From assembly GCF_000143415.4 (NCBI RefSeq), contig NW_003314395.1, forward strand, positions 1 through 64,000: DNA of 64,000 nucleotides. The letters run 5' to 3'. Position 1 is the stretch's first letter. The number at the start of each line of letters is the position of its first letter. A program made the position numbers and the translations under genes. This DNA is from Selaginella moellendorffii. Taxonomy: Eukaryota; Plantae; Lycopodiophyta. The notes under the pieces are model-generated. The model was not told the DNA's origin. It saw only the letters and a program-made list of their open reading frames with translations, and made no database searches. Below, piece after piece: positions 23,155 through 36,588 of the stretch.

Positions 23155-24003
23155 ATGCGCGCGGTTTCGTCAGGTATGGATGCTTCTCTCCATCAAGAAG
23201 CTATGGTCTCTCGCGATCATGAGCCTCCAACGCTTGGCCGCCGAGCTCAAGCGCCCTGGCATGGCGGCCATCACCGAGCTTCACACCCGCGAGCACCAGC
23301 TCCAGCTCCAGCGCATCGAGCAGCGCATGGACACCACCGTCCTCGAGCATCTCATGGAGGCCACGAGCCAGCGCCAGCTTTAGCTCCAGTTCTTCAAGGT
23401 GGCGCTCCAGTTCCAGCTCCGGCTCCAGCTCCAGCTGCTTTCGTTCATGCTCGCGGCCACCACCCTGGTGATCGAGCTCCAGCGCCTGCTCTCCTTGATC
23501 ATGCTCGCCACCACGATCCAGCTCCAGCAGCAGCGGTGTACCATCATCATCACGGTGATGGAGCTCCTCTGGTTGTTCACCACCATCACCATGGTCACCA
23601 TCACGGAGGCCACCACCATCACCATGGTCACCATCATGGAGGCCGCCACCACCACCACCACCACCACCGTCGCGACGGTCACAACGCAGCGATGGCCACA
23701 CCGACACCCGCGGCAGTGGTTACAGTGGCTCGGAGGACGCCCTGGTCGCTGCTCCAGCTTCTTCTCTGGGTTTTGGTTGCGATCTTGGTGCTGCTTGCGT
23801 GCTTTTTGCTAGTGCGATGGATGTTATCTCGAAGGAAACAGCGCAGGAATGCGATCTTTCAGGACCCTCGGTGGCGGATCGAAGTGACGAATCCTTTGGC
23901 AGCTGTGGTGGACGATTCTCTGACTGAGAAGAAAGAGCCCGAGTGGAGGATTAAAGTGCTAAACGCACAGGAGGAAGACGATTCTCTGACTATGAGCTTG
24001 TGA
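23155..24003 (+). CDS. His/Pro/Ala-rich single-pass membrane protein, copy 2
   Basis: Intact ORF; shared ATG (MDASLHQ) at 23176. Confidence 0.7.
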   Translation: MRAVSSGMDASLHQEAMVSRDHEPPTLGRRAQAPWHGGHHRASHPRAPAPAPAHRAAHGHHRPRASHGGHEPAPALAPVLQGGAPVPAPAPAPAAFVHARGHHPGDRAPAPALLDHARHHDPAPAAAVYHHHHGDGAPLVVHHHHHGHHHGGHHHHHGHHHGGRHHHHHHHRRDGHNAAMATPTPAAVVTVARRTPWSLLQLLLWVLVAILVLLACFLLVRWMLSRRKQRRNAIFQDPRWRIEVTNPLAAVVDDSLTEKKEPEWRIKVLNAQEEDDSLTMSL

Positions 24004-24074
24004 AAGTACGGTGCTACCAGCATAGCGAGTGCTCGAGAGGTTTAAACGGCGGGATTAGTGTGGTCTAGAATGCA

Positions 24075-24720
24075 CTCTGGCTTCGCTCTAAAAGGCACCA
24101 ACGGACGATGCCTTGCTCTCATGAAGTACCGAGGCTGTGATCTGGACGCTCAAACGGTTGATACTGCATTGGAAGACCTGTTCCAGTGTTTGGAGTGAAG
24201 AAGACACAGAGAGCTTCGTCGATCCGCAAAGGTTATATTCGTCGCGACAATCTCTATGCAAGGTGTCGAAGCTTTTAAACGAATACCCCGGAAGCAACAT
24301 CGTGGACTATCTTGATTGCCGGCTATGCTCAGCACAACGAACCGGACGAGCTGTTTCAACGGATGCTGATAAACTTTCGTGGCAGAACTGAAGGCTTGGG
24401 CAGCTCTGGCAATTGGGAAGGTAATTCACTTGACTATCTCCAGATATAGAGACGAAGTCATTGCGTCCGTGGCCAACTCAAAGCGAGAGTATCACTGGTG
24501 CTGAGCATGTAGTACTGCGAAGGACTGCCAAGTTATGGTCACCTGCGGCTTTGTTCTGGAAGTCTTAAAACCGGACGGATTGCTTTCACTTCATCCTCAC
24601 TGAGTGTAGCGATGCTGGCTTGGTCGACACAGCAACCCAGGCAATGAGCTGATCGTAGGTAACTCCAGATCTGGAGCACTTTCACTGTATGGTGGTGAGG
24701 CTGTCGAGATGGCGAAAACG
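24075..24720 (+). pseudogene. PPR debris (copy 2)
   Basis: Homologous to 1900-2560. Confidence 0.65.
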
Positions 24721-25253
24721 ATATGCTTTATCGACTTTTATTTATTGATAAAGAAGAATATGTGGAATGTTTAAGTAGTTGATTTCATTAGCTAATAATT
24801 TATTATTTTAGGCAAAAAAAAAATTAATGGAGAGGCTATAACTTAAATAGTATGGAAAGGTGGTTTTAAAGAATTATAAGGAATAACTTTTTTTCTCTTT
24901 GTTTCTCTTTTCTGTTGACATTTTTGGTTCTGAAACACAAAGTTATCTGAGTGTGTGGTCTAACGTGGATAGCAAGCTCAGCAACTTTACAATAGACTAG
25001 GCATGTCAAAGAGAGAGTTAGCATTTGCTAGTTTTTAACCTTGAGTTAGCTTTGGAGGAACATCATGTAGTTAAAGAGCTCTTTATTCTAACTAATAAAA
25101 GATGACAAAATCAACTATAAATCCACTTAATCTCCTTCAAAAATTATTCTTCCTTTTTAATAAATAAAAGTAGAAATAAAATTTAATGCATAAAATAATC
25201 AGCATAACCCAAGATTTTCACATCCTCTAGAAAGTTCAAAATTCAGTTTTGTG

Positions 25254-25454
25254 TCAATACTTTCTTGGTTCCCAAAACCAATCCATTATTGAGTAATGCC
25301 AAGAAAAATCCTTACAACCATTTCTGAGAATATACTCACAACAGTCTTTTGTTCCACCAGCTTTTGAGGACTTGCAGTGATGAGGATCATACTTCTTTAG
25401 GAATTCATCCAAGTCTGGAACATCATCTCCCCCAATATTTTGCCCCAAACTCAT
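25254..25454 (-). CDS. small Cys-containing ORF (copy c)
   Basis: 66-aa ORF with an in-frame 4-codon difference from copies a and b. Confidence 0.3.
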   Translation of the reverse strand: MSLGQNIGGDDVPDLDEFLKKYDPHHCKSSKAGGTKDCCEYILRNGCKDFSWHYSIMDWFWEPRKY

Positions 25455-25599
25455 AATAATTTTACTTTTTATATGCTAGAAGTTTAATTGGAAAAGAGAG
25501 AAAAATTAATAGAAAGGCTATAATTAAAATAGTATGGCATAGTGAAGATGGGATACCAAAATGGTTATAAAAATTATAAGAAATAAAGGAGTGTTGCTT

Positions 25600-27250
25600 T
25601 GGCATTTCGCTCTGTTTCAAGCCAAACATGATCACTTGGGAAGTGGAAGAATGTTATAGCCAGACAAGAAGCAAGCTGCAGCCTATGTGCATATGGAGGC
25701 AAAGTTCAGAAGAAGCTCAAACATTGACAAACATGGCATCATTCATAAGTTCTTACATATGGGACAAAACTCATGCATATAGGGACAAGATGGCTTCTCA
25801 AGGCTGCTTTCAAGGATTAGGGGTACGTTTCAGAAGTAGGAGCCATTGCATGGGACATTCACAATGAAGAAAAAGAGGAGTCGTTTTGTGGGTACAGCAG
25901 GAGGCTGGCTATCATCGTGAATTCAGGAGCAATGATTTGTCATGTAGATCTGCAATATTTCATCTCCACTCATAGCTGCAAAGGTTGCTTGGCACTTGAT
26001 CTCTTTTTCCAGCATGTAGTAGCAAGGCTGTCAACTTGAGAAGCGTGCCAGCTGATTCCAGGATGGAAACTGGATTTTTGATGAGCAAAAGAGGTAATCT
26101 TAGTTCTGGACTGCAACAGTGTATTAACTTTAAAAAGTTTTATACGCAGGCAATAGATTCCACATCCTAAACAGCCTCTTGGACTCTACTCCCAAGTGTG
26201 GCATGCTCAGCAAGTTTTCACAGTACTTGGGAGCAGCTGAAGGAAATGACGAAGCCAAAAAAGGAATGGCTCTTCATTCAGCAGCTTGCAAGGCACACTA
26301 TGATCTTGACATGTTTGTGGCAAGGAATCTAGTGGATCTGTACGCAAGGGGTGAGAGCATGGAAGATTTATGCAGGATGGGTGTGAGGTGTGGATATGAA
26401 GCCAATGCATTTGTCATGAGCAACCTCATGGACATGTGGAAGCATCAGAAGTATTTGGGAGGATGAAGAACCACAATGTTGGTTGTATGGAATATGATCA
26501 TCATGGGACATGCACCTTGAGCTCGGATGTAATGAGATGCTGGAATTGCATGAAGTAGAAAAACATTGTTTCATGGGATATACTGAAAATATGCCTCAAA
26601 ATGTCCTTTGCTCTCGAGCTTTACAAGCAAGCTGACAGCCAAACACTCAAGCTTAGCAGCAAAGGTGGACATTTTGAGGGAATCTAAACAAGAATCTACC
26701 ACTGCTCATCAAATTATATGGGAAGTGTGGAGACATGGCTATTGATTGAGAAGTTTAAGTGCATCTCTGTCACAATGACACACTTCTGCATAAAATTGAT
26801 CCTCATCCAAAAGAAATAAATGCAAAGGGATATAATAGTGATATCATTGTTCCCACTATTACCTCTCCTTAAGCCATGATGGCCTGGCTTTAATCTAATG
26901 GAGTGTGCTGCCAATGCCTCAAGATTACCTTGAATTCGATTCTACCCACTTTGTTGATACAATTGGTATTGGAAGTGTACTAGAAAGCCACTGGAAAGAG
27001 GTGGTGTTTGGCCCTCAAGTTTTGCTTTGAGAGTTCTTTTGTCTTCTTCTCTTGGAGCAATTGATTCATGCCCATGGCAAAAGACTCTCTAGAATCAGAT
27101 TCAATGGTGCTTCCAATTTCTTGGCGCTTTTGCGCAAAGAGGGTAAGCTCCACATGAAGGATTTTTGAGGCAGCCTAGACACGAGATGATTGGTAGTTTC
27201 CTTTAGATGGGGGACAATGTCATTTGAGGGGCACAACTATATTGAAGTGC
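25600..27250 (+). pseudogene. PPR pseudogene fragments (longer version)
   Basis: MFVARNLVDLYARG, LIKLYGKCGDM; about 450 bp not present in copy 1. Confidence 0.7.
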
Positions 27251-29603
27251 GAGAAATTTAGTACAGATAAGGCAAACTGACTTTTTGCCCTAGCTCTAGT
27301 TTTGGAATATGGATGATTGTAGATAGATTAGTTTCTTTTGTTATGTTTGTTTTTACAAGTTCTACATCCAAGTCAAGTTATACATTGAGTTTATTCACCT
27401 CCTTGATGTCATTTTGAACTTTTAATTTGGCTTTTGTTTTATAATGACATCATCAACAGTCTCTTCATCTTCATCATGGCTATCATTACCAATGTCATAC
27501 TCTTCATTAGGATTAGCATCCCCTTGTCCCAATTCCAATGAAATCAATAAGCCCTAAATCCCTAAACCATGAAATATTTTTAGAATATTTTTATGGCTTT
27601 TATTTTAGATTTGGTAATTTCATTAAGGATTTCTAAGTGGTTTAACAAAGGTTCTTTATGCTTCATTTGTGAAGAAGTTTGAAAAAGTTGATTTTGTGAA
27701 TTAGTTATTAAAAATCATGCAAAGGATTTTCGTAAGTTTTGTGATCATTACTTTAATTTAAAGATGCAATGTTTTATCAATGGTTTGAGTTTGGTGGATG
27801 TGTAACAAAAAGTCAAAAAAGATTTTATAGCAAAATTGATTAATGCCATCACTAAACCAACTCAGTCAACTATGGTCAATAGGATGGTTAATGAGGTAAA
27901 CAACATGATAACCAATTACCCAATGCTTTACATTTAGGGAAGAAATAATAATTATTGTATTAGAAGATGACAATAAAGTTAAAAACCTTTGTTTGGACCA
28001 ATAAAGTGGAGGGTTAATGTTTTAATTTTTACAAAGCTGAATGTTATAGAAAAAGTTGTTCTCTTGTGAAGGGTTATGGGATGTTAAGGTGAATATAGTG
28101 GAATTCATTATAGATACATCTCAAGAGTATTCATTTTTATATTTTGTGATAAAAATTCAAGAACCTCAAGCTTTTATAAAACTTAATGGTTTTATGCACA
28201 ATAAACTTCTGAAAACCAAAGAGGATATTTAGACAAACCAAGTTCCTTTACCACCCTGAACTTTAAAAGATTGTGTGGCATCTAGATTAAAATGTAATTT
28301 ATGGAACAATAAAACCACTTGGTTTCTCTAAAACCACATCTTATCTTTTAAAGAAGAGAAAATGATGATATTTCATCCCTAATAACTTTATTTTTGGACT
28401 CAACTTGACTAAACATTAGATTTGCTGTTTTCAATCTAATTTAAAATTTTTTTATGAAAGAATACAATAATGACCATTTGAACCTCGATCCACTTATAAT
28501 CATACATAGTAAGGATCCACTAGTGTCGTATTAAACAATTATAAACCAATTTATTTGCCACCCATAGCAAGCTTATAGGAAATTTATTTTCACTTATGAT
28601 ACTATAGCATCCAATAAGTTAACATTAATTTTGTCAACTTATGAAATTGCTAATGTGTCTAGTACATTTTAATAAGTACAAGCAAAACTTTATACAATAC
28701 GGTAAATTGACTTCCTGAGAAATCCAAATTCAAAAGCTTACATTTGGGGATTATATGCTTAAATTGATATTTGGCATATTATGAGACTTAACCAAGAGAG
28801 GATACCAAATTTGAAACAAGTAATATTGAGTGAACTTTGTAATATTTAAACTCAAAAATTCTTAGCCCTAAATATCCTAATATTCTAAATCTCTATATAT
28901 TGAAACCTTAAATTTTAGATATTGTTCTTTTTAATTACTTACAACTAAATTTTTTATTGTTTATATATAAATAAACAAATGAGATAACATTTCAATAGAC
29001 TTTATCACTAATTTGCACAAAATATTTTAAGGAAATAATGCTATCTAGATATTTGTGAAATAGGTTTACAGTGAACTTTCTATTTTCAGATCCTAATCAA
29101 AAGTTTAAATTGTCATCTTCGTTGAGAAGCTCTTCATTAACTAATCCGGGCTTGCGGCAAATGTGTTACACGACATGCTTGGCAGCAGTCGTGCCATTCC
29201 CATCACAATCTCTTAGCATGAAGGCTGAATGCGTTCTGCCCTGAAATTGAACGTTCCATGCTTGATCTGGGAGTGGGACGTATGTGATATTTTGGGATGA
29301 AATCATTGCAATGATCTGACATTCTCTCACAGTAGAATTAGTGCTCGATATGGATAATCAAACTGGCAACATTTTCCAAAGAACAAGAGATAATCCTAAA
29401 GCTTATATAGCATACCTTTCTTGATGGATCTTAGTCCATTGTTCATGAATGGTCCTAGTACCAAAATCCATGTTTTCCACTGCCTTGCTTGATGATAACT
29501 CTTTGTAGCTTGCGAATGGCGTGAACACACAGTTCAATTGTGATTCATGGGTATTTAACCACATAGGAAATGGATCTTCTAACCATCTCAGGCTAAACGA
29601 CAC

Positions 29604-31030
29604 TTGAGGGTTTTAGAGCACGATATGAAGAACAGCTCGGCCTGGATTATCGGAGCGCTGCTGCTCGCCTCGCTTGCTAATGACGCTTCAGGTCAGTTTG
29701 TTAGTGAGTTTAACTCTCTTGCTTGTTCTGGGTTTACTGTCAAGACCTTGTTTGATCTCGACAAGCACTCGGTAAATGCCTTGAACAAGTTTGTGTTGGC
29801 GCTCGATTCTAGTGGCAATCGTATATGGAAGCTGAGACTGCCCCTCTCGCACGCTACTGACGATCCTCATACCCTTGGGGAGCGTCTGGAAGAGGCGCCA
29901 CTCGCTGCACGGGGAATTCTCGACTGGAGTAAGCACTAGAGGCTTTTCTTATGCTTTGTTTTGTGGCGCCAAGGCTTAAGATTTTTTTTTCCTCTAGATA
30001 GCAGCTTGGAAGCTCTTGCCGGTTCACTCGTGGGGGAGTCCGGCTATGTCGACGGCCCCGCGGCAAAGTCACTTTTTAATCGCCCACAAATTTGTGACAA
30101 CGCGGTCTTTGTGGCGGATACGAGGAACTTGGCTATACGCAAAATCAGCAAGGATGGCGAAGGTATTTTTTCTGTTTCCAACAGTGACCACCATTGTCGG
30201 AGGTAGCTCTCGAAAGCCAGGCTTTGCCGATGGCCCCGGAGACACAGCTCGTTTCTCAAGCGAGTCTAGCTTGGCGTGTTCTTGTGGCTCCTTACTCATA
30301 GCCGATCGCGGGAACCGGTTGATTCGCGAGATACAAATCGATGATCCAAAGTCGTGTGATTCAAGTGATTCAGCCGTTTCCGGTGACTTCTCGTCCTTTG
30401 CCTTGATTTTTTTCTTTCGATTGGATTTAAAACTCCTGCTTTTTGTTGATTTCATGATCAGGATCACAAAAATGGGCTTTAATTCCCGTAGTGCTGCTTG
30501 GCGTCTGTCTGGGGATGCCTCTGGGACCTTTTATAATTTGGAAGATACTTGATCAGCGATGCCGGCAGGTAAGTTTCACGAGCAAAGCTGGTGGCTCTTA
30601 TGAAAATATTTCTAGGGAGGCGATCAGCTGTGAAACACTGAAAGATTGCTGGCGGACGTTCCGGAGGACGATGATCTGCAAGTTCGGCAGCAGAAGCGAC
30701 GTTGCTAGCGCCGTCTTTAGTCTTTTCCTGCACAGCGATGTCATCAGGCACAGCTCCTCGCGTCTGTCTTCTTTGGTGTTGCACACGAAGTAAAAACGAA
30801 GCCAACTGCGCCTGTCACACAAGATCAAGACCTCCACTCTCTCCTTGGAAACACGAAAGATGAGCTTCCAGACCTCATTGATTTCATGGAAGGCTCTCCC
30901 AACTTGGACGCTTCTGTTGCTCCTTCTCGCCCTCTTCCCTTTCCGGATTTGAGGAATTTGACTATGGAGCTTGAGTGTTTGGAGAAGTTCCAGCAGGAAT
31001 TCAAGGACAAGCTCAAGCACAGCTAAGAAT
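29604..31030 (+). pseudogene. NHL-repeat domain protein gene (copy 3), probably non-functional
   Basis: NHL blades present, but with in-exon deletions, a 75-bp insertion and an intron shrunk to ~22 nt near 30163-30184. Confidence 0.75.
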
Positions 31031-31090
31031 GTGCTCACACAAACTTTGTTTTTCCACTCTTCTTGAATAGTCCATTGTTTTACAAATAAG

Positions 31091-31242
31091 TTGACGCTCA
31101 TGTTCCGGCCGGCCGAGGAGATGGACGTGCTCGAGTTCTCTGAGGCGGAGAGCAATCTCAACGATCTGGTGACCGAGTACCAGCAGTACCGGGACGCTTC
31201 CATGACGACGATGACTTTGGGGAGGATCCAAATCCACAGCGT
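31091..31242 (+). pseudogene. beta-tubulin C-terminal fragment (copy 3)
   Basis: Same translation as copy 2. Confidence 0.85.
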
Positions 31243-31341
31243 AAAAAACCATTCTCTTTTTTCACAAAGGCAAAAGTATTACTATTTTTTTCCAAGTCAA
31301 GGGTTAGGTTATATTTTCTCACTTGGATTTTTCTATTCGAG

Positions 31342-32190
31342 ATGCGCGCGGTTTCGTCAGGTATGGATGCTTCTCTCCATCAAGAAGCTATGGTCTCTCG
31401 CGATCATGAGCCTCCAACGCTTGGCCGCCGAGCTCAAGCGCCCTGGCATGGCGGCCATCACCGAGCTTCACACCCGCGAGCACCAGCTCCAGCTCCAGCG
31501 CATCGAGCAGCGCATGGACACCACCGTCCTCGAGCATCTCATGGAGGCCACGAGCCAGCGCCAGCTTTAGCTCCAGTTCTTCAAGGTGGCGCTCCAGTTC
31601 CAGCTCCGGCTCCAGCTCCAGCTGCTTTCGTTCATGCTCGCGGCCACCACCCTGGTGATCGAGCTCCAGCGCCTGCTCTCCTTGATCATGCTCGCCACCA
31701 CGATCCAGCTCCAGCAGCAGCGGTGTACCATCATCATCACGGTGATGGAGCTCCTCTGGTTGTTCACCACCATCACCATGGTCACCATCACGGAGGCCAC
31801 CACCATCACCATGGTCACCATCATGGAGGCCGCCACCACCACCACCACCACCACCGTCGCGACGGTCACAACGCAGCGATGGCCACACCGACACCCGCGG
31901 CAGTGGTTACAGTGGCTCGGAGGACGCCCTGGTCGCTGCTCCAGCTTCTTCTCTGGGTTTTGGTTGCGATCTTGGTGCTGCTTGCGTGCTTTTTGCTAGT
32001 GCGATGGATGTTATCTCGAAGGAAACAGCACAGGAATGCGATCTTTCAGGACCCTCGGTGGCGGATCGAAGTGACGAATCCTTTGGCAGCTGTGGTGGAC
32101 GATTCTCTGACTGAGAAGAAAGAGCCCGAGTGGAGGATTAAAGTGCTAAACGCACAGGAGGAAGACGATTCTCTGACTATGAGCTTGTGA
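31342..32190 (+). CDS. His/Pro/Ala-rich single-pass membrane protein, copy 3
   Basis: Intact ORF, one residue different from copy 2 (QRRN/QHRN); shared ATG at 31363. Confidence 0.7.
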   Translation: MRAVSSGMDASLHQEAMVSRDHEPPTLGRRAQAPWHGGHHRASHPRAPAPAPAHRAAHGHHRPRASHGGHEPAPALAPVLQGGAPVPAPAPAPAAFVHARGHHPGDRAPAPALLDHARHHDPAPAAAVYHHHHGDGAPLVVHHHHHGHHHGGHHHHHGHHHGGRHHHHHHHRRDGHNAAMATPTPAAVVTVARRTPWSLLQLLLWVLVAILVLLACFLLVRWMLSRRKQHRNAIFQDPRWRIEVTNPLAAVVDDSLTEKKEPEWRIKVLNAQEEDDSLTMSL

Positions 32191-32320
32191 AAGTACGGTG
32201 CTACCAGCATAGCGAGTGCTCGAGAGGTTTAAACGGCGGGATTAGTGTGGTCTAGAATGCACTCTGGCTTCGCTCTAAACGGCACCAACGGACGATGCCT
32301 TGCTCTCATGAAGTACCGAG

Positions 32321-35300
32321 TGAAACGAACAAAAGAGCGAACCCTAGGCCAACCTCCCAACCCTTAAGGCATTACGGCCTTAAATCCCACCGGCCATGGA
32401 ATATTCTTGGAATATTCCCGTGGTTCGTGTCATTCTCCTCTCCCTCATGACCCAGCCACATACGGTAGCCTCGAGAAGCTATACGAGCCTCAAATGAAGG
32501 GAGTCCAAGGCAATACGGCCATGGAGAGAAGATGTGCAAACGGCAACACCAACGTCGCAACAAACGGTCACAAAAGAAAGAAAGCAATACGGCTTTCTTA
32601 CATGACAATACGGTCATGGAAAACAAGAGAATGAGAATAGAACAAACGGCTCAAATCATATAGCAATACGGCTATAGAACTCAATTCTCCCCTTCCTCAG
32701 GAATGTCATCCAAGTCATAACCAAAACTCGGAAACACTCTCTTCACGTCATCCTCAGTTTCCCATGTAGCTTCATCCATGGAATAACCATTCCATTGAAC
32801 TAACAACTCCCTAGTTGTTTTCCGGCGTGTTTTCACCAATCTTTGAGCAAGAATATTGGCTGGACCAGCCTTCTCTGCATCAATCTCTAGAACCTGGATA
32901 ATGGACTGATCCACGATATCACCAGAGTGCAAACACGTTTTAAGCTTGCTCACATGGAACGTTGGATGAATCTTCGAACTAACTGGCAAGTCCAAAGTGT
33001 ATGCAAGATCCCCTACACGCTGTAAAATTGTCCAAGGTCCACAATACTGTGGAGACAACTTAGCACTGCCACCTCCTTTTAGAGACCGTTGTGCATCCGA
33101 CAGCTTAAGGAAAACCTTGTCACCAACTTTGTACTCTTGATGACAACGATGCTCATCAGCCAATCTTTTGTCTCGTTCTTGAGCTTGCCTCATGTTCAAT
33201 TTTGCCAACTCAAGCTTGTCTTGCATATCCTCCAGGAAATCACAAGCATGAGGAACCCGAACCAAAGCCAAATTCAAACTCACAGGAGACCTAGGCTCAT
33301 AGCCATACATCGCCATAAAAGGAGACATGCCAATAGCCGATTGATGAGCGCTATTGTGAGTAAATTGAAGCAAAGGCAAGTATTTTTCCCATACTCCCTG
33401 TCGAGTCAAGTTTCCCACAAAAGACCGTAGCATATCTTCTAATAGCTGATTCATGCGCTTTGTCTGCCCATCAGATTGTGGATGCTCACCACTACTCATG
33501 CTCAGTTTAGTCTCTAGTTTTTCAAAGACCGTTTGCCAAAACTTGGACGTGAACTTAGGATCCCGATCACTCACAATGTCACCCGGCAAACCATAGAGAC
33601 TGAATAACCGGTCTACAAACAACTAAGCAAGTTCAGAAGCTTTTATCGTTGTCTTCACAGGGAAGAAGTGAGCCATCTTCGTCAAACGATCCACAACAAC
33701 CCAAATAGCATCATTTCCTCGAAAGGTTTTGGGCAAACCAGTGATAAAGTCCATCGAGATGCTATCCCACTTATTCTCGGGTACACGTAAAGGATGATAG
33801 AGGCCAGCGAGCTTCTGATGATCATCTTTGACCGCCTGGCAGGTCAAGCAACCACGTACGTACTTCTCAACATCTGACTTCATCCCAGGCCAAAAAAAAT
33901 GCCTCTTCACCAACATATACGTTCTCAATACCCCCGGATGCCCAGCATTTGGCACATCATGACACTCAACCAAAATCCGTTTGATGAGTTTGTCAACACG
34001 AGGAACCACAACACGTCCCTTCTTCACCAGGATTCCATCTCGTATTTCGAATGACGCAAACTTGTCACCCTTCAAATCTGTAGAGGCGTCCCTCAACAAA
34101 ACCTTCGCGCGAATATCAGTGATGAAGGAGTCGAAGTCAGCAAACTCCTTAAGCTCATCCAAGAGATTGCTGGATAGCTTCACAAACGAGATAGAATTTA
34201 CCATCCTGGATAATGCATCAGCCACCTTATTGTCACCTCCATGCTTGTACCGGATCTTAACAGACATTTCCTGCAGGAACTCTTGCCAACGAGCAAGGCG
34301 GCCTCGAAGATCCACATCTGGAGAGACTGATGATCTGAAACTATATGGAAGTCCGATCCATATAGATAATGTTGCTATTCTTGAGTAGGTCAATTCTGCT
34401 GTGTGACATCAAACTTGTGGCTCATGAAGGCGAGAGAATGCCTAACTTGAAGCAATACGGCCTCAAAAGCACTATCACTCACATCATTGCCTATAATTTC
34501 CACCATAGTCACCTTATCATTCATTGACCCCTTCAGAACAATCCTTGCTATGATGTCCAGCTCTATGGCAACGAAAACAATTGCCCTCCGCCTTGTCTTT
34601 CTCTCGTTGGTCCAAACGAAGTTTTTTAGCTTCACTGCCATCTTCATGCTTCGAGCCACAACGGAATAACGACCGTTTCTTCCCCGAATATGAAGAATTA
34701 GCAAGCTGGTCATCACGTTGACTACTCCGTGGACTATCTCGTTGACCAGAGTTGACCAAGTTGACTGACGGTTCGGGCGAAAAGATCTGAGCCTTAGTGA
34801 TAGTATCAGTCAATGTTGCTAGAAAATCTTTCTTGACCTTTTGCTGCACATCCACTAAGCTCAATCCTTTAATAAAACATTGCACCTTTAGCAGCTCATT
34901 GTAGGTGCCCGTGAGACTAAGGCAAAGATCACGGAACTTGCGGGCATACGCATCCAAAGACAAAGTCCCCTGCCGGATCTCTAACAACTGATTCACGAGA
35001 TCAACCTCTTCAAACTTCTTGACAAACGAAGCATGGAAAACCTTTGTCAAATCAGTCCAAGAAGTCGGCATCGGATTAGCTTTGATGTAGTTCTTCCACC
35101 ACGAAGAAGCATGGCCCGTAAGCTTCGTCACAAAGAAATCTATCTTCACCTTATCCTCACAAGGATTGTGAGACCAACAACTTTCCCACAATTCCAACTA
35201 AGAATCAACCTCTTGACTATCACAAACATCCGGTGATGATTTCCATTCCACGATACCATAATCCTTGGCATGCTTGACGTACCAATGGTAATCACGGACA

Positions 35301-35654
35301 TGAGATTGATTCAACCTTTGAGGGTTCATGCGAAGCAAGAAATCTTTGATGAGATTGACGGAATCCTTAACCTCCTTTATGTCGCTTTGAACTACAGAAA
35401 TCTGGTGTCCTTGCTGCAGAACGACATCATCAAAAGTCTCTTCCGCATCGTCATGGCTATCCTCACTAACGCCATACTCCTCATCAGGATCAATATCTTG
35501 CTCACCCGCCATCCCCAAAAGAACGTGCTGCTCTGATACCAATGAAACGAACAAAAGAGCGAACCCTAGGCCAACCTCCCAACCCTTAAGGTGTTACGGC
35601 CTTAAATCCCACAGGCCATGGAATATTCTTGGAATATTCCCGTGGTTCGTGTCA
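32321..35654 (-). mobile_element. non-autonomous Ty3/gypsy chromovirus with 112-bp LTRs, lacking protease and RT
   Basis: LTRs 32321-32432 and 35543-35654; TSD CCGAG; iMet PBS TGGTATCAGAGC at 35530-35541; PPT next to 32433; gag with CFRCHRAGHHSKDC, partial RNase H, integrase, chromodomain-like LVQWNG..EATWE. Confidence 0.95.
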
Positions 35655-36060
35655 CCGAGGCTGTGATCTGGACGCTCAAACGGTTGATACTGCATTGGAG
35701 GGCCTGTTCCAGTGTTTGGAGTGAAGAAGACACAGAGAGCTTCGTCGATCTGCAAAGGTTATATTCGTCGTGACAATCTCTATGCAAGGTGTCGAAGCCT
35801 CATCAAGTTTTTAAACGAACACCCCGGAAGCAACATCGTGGACTATCTTGATTGCCGGCTATGCTCAGCACAACGAACCGGACGAGCTGTTTCAACGGAT
35901 GCTGATAAACTTTCGTGGCAGAACTGAAGGCTTGGGCAGCTCTGGCAATTGGGAAGGTAATTCACTTGACTATCTCCAAATATAGAGACGAAGTCATTGC
36001 GTCCGTGGCCAACTCAAAGCGAGAGTATCGGCTGTCAAGATGGCGAAAACGATGCCTTTG
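35655..36060 (+). pseudogene. PPR debris (copy 3), resuming after the LTR insertion
   Basis: aagtaccgag|ccgaggctgtgatctgg reconstitutes the sequence seen in copies 1 and 2. Confidence 0.7.
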
Positions 36061-36588
36061 TTGATTATATTTTATGCTTTAAGATTTATTTCGACTTTTA
36101 TTTGTTGAAAAAGAAAGGAGATTAAGTAGTTGATTTCACCGTATCTTTTATTAGCTAATAATTTTATTATTTTTGGCAAAAAATAAAAAAATTAATGGAA
36201 CTTAAATAGTATGGAAAGGTGGTTTTAAAGAATTATAAGGAATAACTTTGTTTCTCTTTGTTTCTCTTTTCTGTTGATGTTATTAGTTGTCTGAGTGTGT
36301 GCCAGTGTTCTAACGTGGATAGCAAGCTCAACAACTTTACAATAGACTAGGCATGTCAAAGAGAGAGTTAGCATTTGTTAGTTTTTAACTTTGAGTTAAT
36401 TTGTTAGTTCTCTAATAGCAGCTTAACTAATAAAAGATGACAAAATCAACTATAAATTCATTTAATCTCCTTCAAACATTATTCTTCCTTTTTAATAAAT
36501 AAAAGTAGAAATAAAATTTAATGCATAAAATAACCAACATAACCCAAGCTTTTCGCATCCTCTAGAAAGTTCAAAATTTAGTTTTGTG

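Noticed and set aside
22904-23383. 159-aa ORF fusing the tubulin fragment to downstream sequence (also 31091-31570)
   Set aside because: Runs through AT-rich non-coding-like DNA into the shadow frame of the His-rich gene; not open in copies 1 and 4.
21444-29603. Whole repeat unit as a Helitron or Pack-MULE
   Set aside because: No TC..CTRR ends with hairpin, TIRs or TSD could be located; segmental duplication is sufficient.
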